The notes under the pieces are model-generated. The model did no database searches and had not been told where the DNA came from. It saw nothing but the letters and a program-made list of their open reading frames with translations. Positions 44,501 through 64,000 of a stretch of DNA of 64,000 nucleotides are shown piece by piece; the first letter of the stretch is position 1; every line of letters starts with the position of its first letter. This DNA comes from Lingula anatina (lineage: Eukaryota; Animalia; Brachiopoda). The stretch is taken from positions 10,912,001-10,976,000 of the forward strand of contig CM120642.1 in the NCBI GenBank assembly GCA_051362555.1. Direction: 5' to 3'. Position numbers and translations under genes: made by a program.

Positions 44501-45661
44501 TTGTTTTCAGCACTGCTAGTTAGTTATTCAACAAATTAAAAATCAATAGTTGCATTCATTTAATTGTTAAAAGTAATGCTATTTTCCCTATTCCAGGTAC
44601 CCTGGCTATGTGTTACAGCACTTATCAGTTCTCCCCATACAGGAGGCGGCCAGAAGCAAAAAAGCCAGGTTACTTCTTTACATGAGCTACCTCATAAAGA
44701 CGTATATGTTACGGGCTCCAGACCTAAAACGTAAAGGTAAGACATACAGAACTATGACTTTTACAGACTACTATGGGTTTAAGTGCATAAGTTTTTATAG
44801 AACAAGTGTATATTTTCATCAACTTTTTTTCAGTAAACCTTACATAAGATGTAAGAGACAAGGTGCTGTTTGTTATAGGAGTTTGATAATATGGTCTGCC
44901 TTTACTTTTGGACACACAATTTGTAGCTATTTTCATTTTTCAGATATTCTTCCCCAGGATATCCCAGAGACAGTCAGGAGGGCATTGTTAGACAAATACA
45001 CTCTGAAAGCTACATCCAGTGATGGCAGGAAAACAGTGAGGTGTATGCCTGCCAGGTTAAAGGATAAAGTTGTCTCCTACATGTTGGTGCTTGGGCTGAT
45101 CATAGACGAGTTCAACTTGGAGCTGACAGCTTTACAGAAGGACATTAAAATGGGTCAGGCCAGGTAGGGTACTGACAGCGTAGTGGAGAAATTGAATCTA
45201 TAATACATAGCTTGCCAAAAGTTTTAAATTGACAGAGAAACACAAGAACATTTTTGTGGGCAAGGTAAAATGAGATGGTAGCTTATCTTAAGTTTAATTA
45301 AAAAGCAAATGTAACATCATTTCCAAGAGTAAGGTTAAGTCAAATGTTTAATACTAACATAAACAAAAATTGTTACCTATAAACATTTAAGCTGTAAGCA
45401 TTTTATTACAACTTTGCTTTGTTTGATTAATATGTGAATTTCACCCATGTTTTAGTCTGATCAATAATATAGTTTTTTCATGATTTAAAACCATTTTTTC
45501 TCTCCTCCAGGATAATTCAGCACAGCAGGTCCCTAGGCTGTAAAGTAACATCACAAAAAGCAACCATTGGTCTGCAGAAAATAGAACAAAAGTTTGCTGT
45601 TCTGGAAACACCACTAACATTCCCAGATTTAAAACAAAGGACTACAAAGAAAAGAACTTGA
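41564..45661 (+). CDS. POLR1E: RNA polymerase I subunit RPA49/PAF53 (11 exons, 412 aa)
   Basis: Exons 41564-41618, 41759-41865, 42383-42459, 42733-42821, 43007-43062, 43389-43545, 43746-43835, 44151-44247, 44597-44736, 44944-45163, 45511-45661 total 1239 nt in frame. Motifs ATFANGRL, LVAETDTMEYIGQN, YLVGILDKDSGKM, AFGSNKKRKAMDSR, IPPFDKDASKPEDVYKLDDIISPAE, LKDKVVSYMLVLGL, AVLETPL. Confidence 0.93.
43836..44150 (+). other. U12-type (minor spliceosome) GT-AG intron in POLR1E
   Basis: 5' splice site GTATCCTT; branch point TACCTTGAC at 44132-44140 with its A 11 nt from the 3' end; no polypyrimidine tract; splicing restores the frame (DVYKLDD-I-ISPAE). Confidence 0.9.
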
Positions 45662-46267
45662 TTGTTTGTTTTAGGTTAAAGGGAACTTGTTTCTTCATCA
45701 AATAAATGCAAAAAATGGAGGGAAACATTTCCCACGTATTATTTCACGATAAAGATAATATAGATAAGATAAAGATAAATCTTTGCATTTTACCCATGAA
45801 CTCAATTATTAAATTGCTGAGAGTAAAAGAGAATCTTTCAGTAAATTGGGCAAAAATGTTGGGCATAAACTAAATGATAAATATGACAGTTTATCTTCCA
45901 TAAGCCATAAAGCATGATTATACATTGTACATCATATCTGAATGATACAACTATACTGGTATGTTTTCCAAGACTGACAGCTTAAGAGCATGCAGTTCAA
46001 TGAAAGTATGCAAAATTATTATGACCAGTGGTTTAAAATAAAGCTGACATCTTAAGATTATATAGTTACTTATAAGCAAATTACTTTTTTAAAGGTCATG
46101 TCAGAAGCTTTAATAAGTTTATCTTGTTTAAATCAACATGCCAAAAGGGGGGAGGGAGGCTGTGAAGCACCTCAATGTTCCACTGCAATGCTGTCCCCTC
46201 ATTTCATGTTTTGATCTTAAAGCACATTTCTAGATATTTATTATTTTTGCTAAGCTGCCTCAGTATA

Positions 46268-48248
46268 TCAGCTGTGAGAGGGAAGTTCTGGACCTCCACC
46301 TGAGTACTGTCCTGATATGTCTGCATTGCTGAAGTCAAAGCCAGGATTCTGAAAAGAAAATTCAGTGCATATGCTCAGGGCTGCCAAATCTAATCATTTA
46401 AAGAAGAATTTTATGACGTGAAGTTGATCTACACCCTATAAGGTACATTTTCATTGTTTTCTACATATCTGAATTGACAATAATTTTAATTGACTTATCA
46501 GGAAAAATGGCTTGCTGATGTGTAACATGTAATTCTATTTCTGTATCCTAATATCAGTTGAAAGGATACTATTAGATATAAATTGACATTACCTCATACT
46601 GGAACCTCTGTAAAGTCATTTTCTTTTCCATCTGGTCATATGTGAAGGGATCTGCTTCATACTGCCCCACTAGTAACGAAGTCCAACAATTAGCTGCAGT
46701 AGCTTTGTCCTTAGGCAGGCATATCTCCACCAGCTTCTTGTCTTCTAAACCAATGAATTACGGAGCCATCAAATGTACATATTAAAAAATATATATTTTC
46801 CTGATAAGTAATTACTAACCACTGTCTTATATAAGCTAGTTAGTAGCAATAAAGATTTGTATTCATATGTAACTTACTAAATTTGGAAAGGCACATATAA
46901 GGCTGAACACTTAGGGCCTCGGATAATGCACTAGATTGTTTAATGTACACTGAAAACATACCAACAATCCACTTAAGAAAGTTTTCTATTGGTAAATACA
47001 GCTGATTGCATGCGAAAATTTAGGTCCCAAAATGTAGGATAAATCAGTTTTGATGCCATTGGTCTTCAGGATGCCATTTCAGGGGGTATGTAACAAAATC
47101 TGACATGGTACTAGTACTGCTGAACCTACCCAAAGTCCAAACACTTTCATCAGCATGAATAGGAGATACAAACTCTCCCTAAAGAGAAAAAAATATGCTC
47201 TAGTAAACATGATACAACAATAAAGATAAGTTAGTCAAAAAGGTTTCATTTATGCTAGATCCTGAAATTTGATTTACCTGTTGACTGTTTCGTCTGTTCA
47301 CTCTGACAGACTTGGTCACAACTGAATTACCTGTTCAGGTGAAGGTGAATAGGTAATTATCTCAGTCTTGATGATGACTTGTTAGCCCCATTCAGTTGTG
47401 ACCAAGTCTGTCAGAGTGAACAGACGAAACAGTCAACAGGTAAATCAAATTTCAGGATCTAGCATAAATGAAACCTTTTTGACTATCAAAACTAAGATCC
47501 AATGAAACTATTTTCACAAAATAAAGATAAGTGTCTACTAAACACACACAAATTAAATATCTAGGCAATTTAATTAAATGTCTCATACTCAGTGCAGGCA
47601 TTTATAAAGTGAACTGCATATCAGGGTGGTTAAAAACAACAAGCCAACAGACTGTGACAGTTTCAGGTTTGCGCAGATACACATGCCGTAACAATGCTCA
47701 ATTACTAAAAATAATTAACTTCCATTTCATTTCCAAAATCGAGAAAGCCAATTGGGAAGAAAATTATTTATAAAGAACTAGAAAAGAAAAAGCTTGAATG
47801 TATAAAAATTGAATTATGAGGATGTGTCTTGACAGTCAGAAGGTTCAGTCTGGAGGTTCACTGGTTTGATTGTAAAGATGTGAAATTTCATTAACGGCTA
47901 AGTATTGCAAATGAATTACATGTACATGTAATCTGAGAGTGAAAGTAAATTAATGAAATGAAAGTGCATGGTTAACGGATATGAGTGTAGGTACTGTGTA
48001 AAAATTCATAAATATTCTCCAGATTAGAATATATCTACTAGACTGTAGGGGTTATAACTTACATCTATAACCGTGTCTCCTTTCACCGAAACTTTAATTT
48101 TCTTAGGCTTGATGTCACATTTAATGTCTTTACTATTTGTACCGTCTGGAACCACTATTTCTACATATATTTCATCTATTGTTTGCCACCATCGGCCCCA
48201 GGGCGTCTTCATTGGAACAATTCCACTACTTTCATCAAAATGAGCCAT
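46268..48248 (-). CDS. NUDCD2: NudC domain-containing protein 2 (4 exons, 155 aa)
   Basis: Exons 48248-48063, 47178-47130, 46744-46593, 46348-46268 total 468 nt. MAHFDESSGIVPMKTPWGRWWQTIDE...ADESVWTLEDKKL...AANCWTSLL...QRFQYENPGFDFSNADISGQYSGGGP. Confidence 0.96.
47232..47519. mobile_element. 288-bp insertion containing a perfect 96-bp inverted repeat, flanked by a 13-bp direct repeat
   Basis: Arms 47232-47327 and 47390-47485 are exact reverse complements; AATAAAGATAAGT at 47219-47231 and 47520-47532. Confidence 0.8.
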
Positions 48249-48621
48249 GCTGTTTTGAATTATCTTCTAAACATATCAACTTTACAATGAATATCTCGAA
48301 AAATCGTGGTACCGAACGGGCGCAGCCATATTGTATATGTCGTAAATCCAATTTTCTACGGGTATCCTAATCTTTCAATTATATTTTAGGCACAAAATCA
48401 ATACCTTGGAAAGATAATATATAATTTTTCCATTGTTGGCATAATTAAAACTAGAGCAAAAGTCAAATGTAGTGTCGCTACCTTTCTCAAGTACTTCCTT
48501 ACGACACCGCTACGATTTCCGGTTTTGCACATGGCCTGTCCAATATTGCAACAGAAAAGTAGATAAAAGACACAAAAAAGAAACTAAAATATTCGGCACG
48601 CTGACAAGCGTATGCTTAAAA
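48249..48621. promoter_or_regulatory. Bidirectional promoter NUDCD2 / LARS1 and probable 5' leader exon of LARS1
   Basis: Divergent genes 478 bp apart; CpG-enriched; TTTCCGGTT (ETS-like) near 48516-48524; strong donor GTAAGT at 48622 and acceptor CAG ending at 48720. Confidence 0.6.
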
Positions 48622-48726
48622 GTAAGTACGAACGTTTAAATTTGTTTTGTTACTTCTTACTGTATTATTTGGGACGAAGAAAGCCATGATATTTAGTCAT
48701 AACGTTCGTTATTTATCCAGGTGAAA

Positions 48727-64000
<15,274 letters not shown>

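Overview
AT-rich, intron-dense animal (invertebrate, probably lophotrochozoan/molluscan) genomic DNA; no prokaryotic features or CRISPR. I reconstructed six spliced genes by reading splice sites and checking phases. They form three head-to-head pairs: SUPT20H (-, partial) / an OTUD4-ALG13-Otu family OTU+Tudor gene (+, 21 exons, ~1129 aa); EXOSC8 (-, 11 exons) / POLR1E (+, 11 exons, one U12-type intron); NUDCD2 (-, 4 exons) / cytoplasmic leucyl-tRNA synthetase LARS1 (+, runs off the window). The most striking observation is that LARS1 has two tandem 64-nt copies of the exon encoding the catalytic KMSKS loop (KMSKS versus KMSKQ). They must be mutually exclusive to keep the frame, and the intron between them has competing complementary segments. 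LARS1 introns also host a 307-bp miniature LTR retroelement (tRNA-like LTRs, tRNA-Leu primer site), three copies of a box H/ACA snoRNA (SNORA30/37-like) and a box C/D snoRNA (SNORD42-like). The OTU gene has Ser in place of the catalytic Cys. Several MITEs and foldback elements are present. Homology calls rest on remembered family motifs, not database searches.
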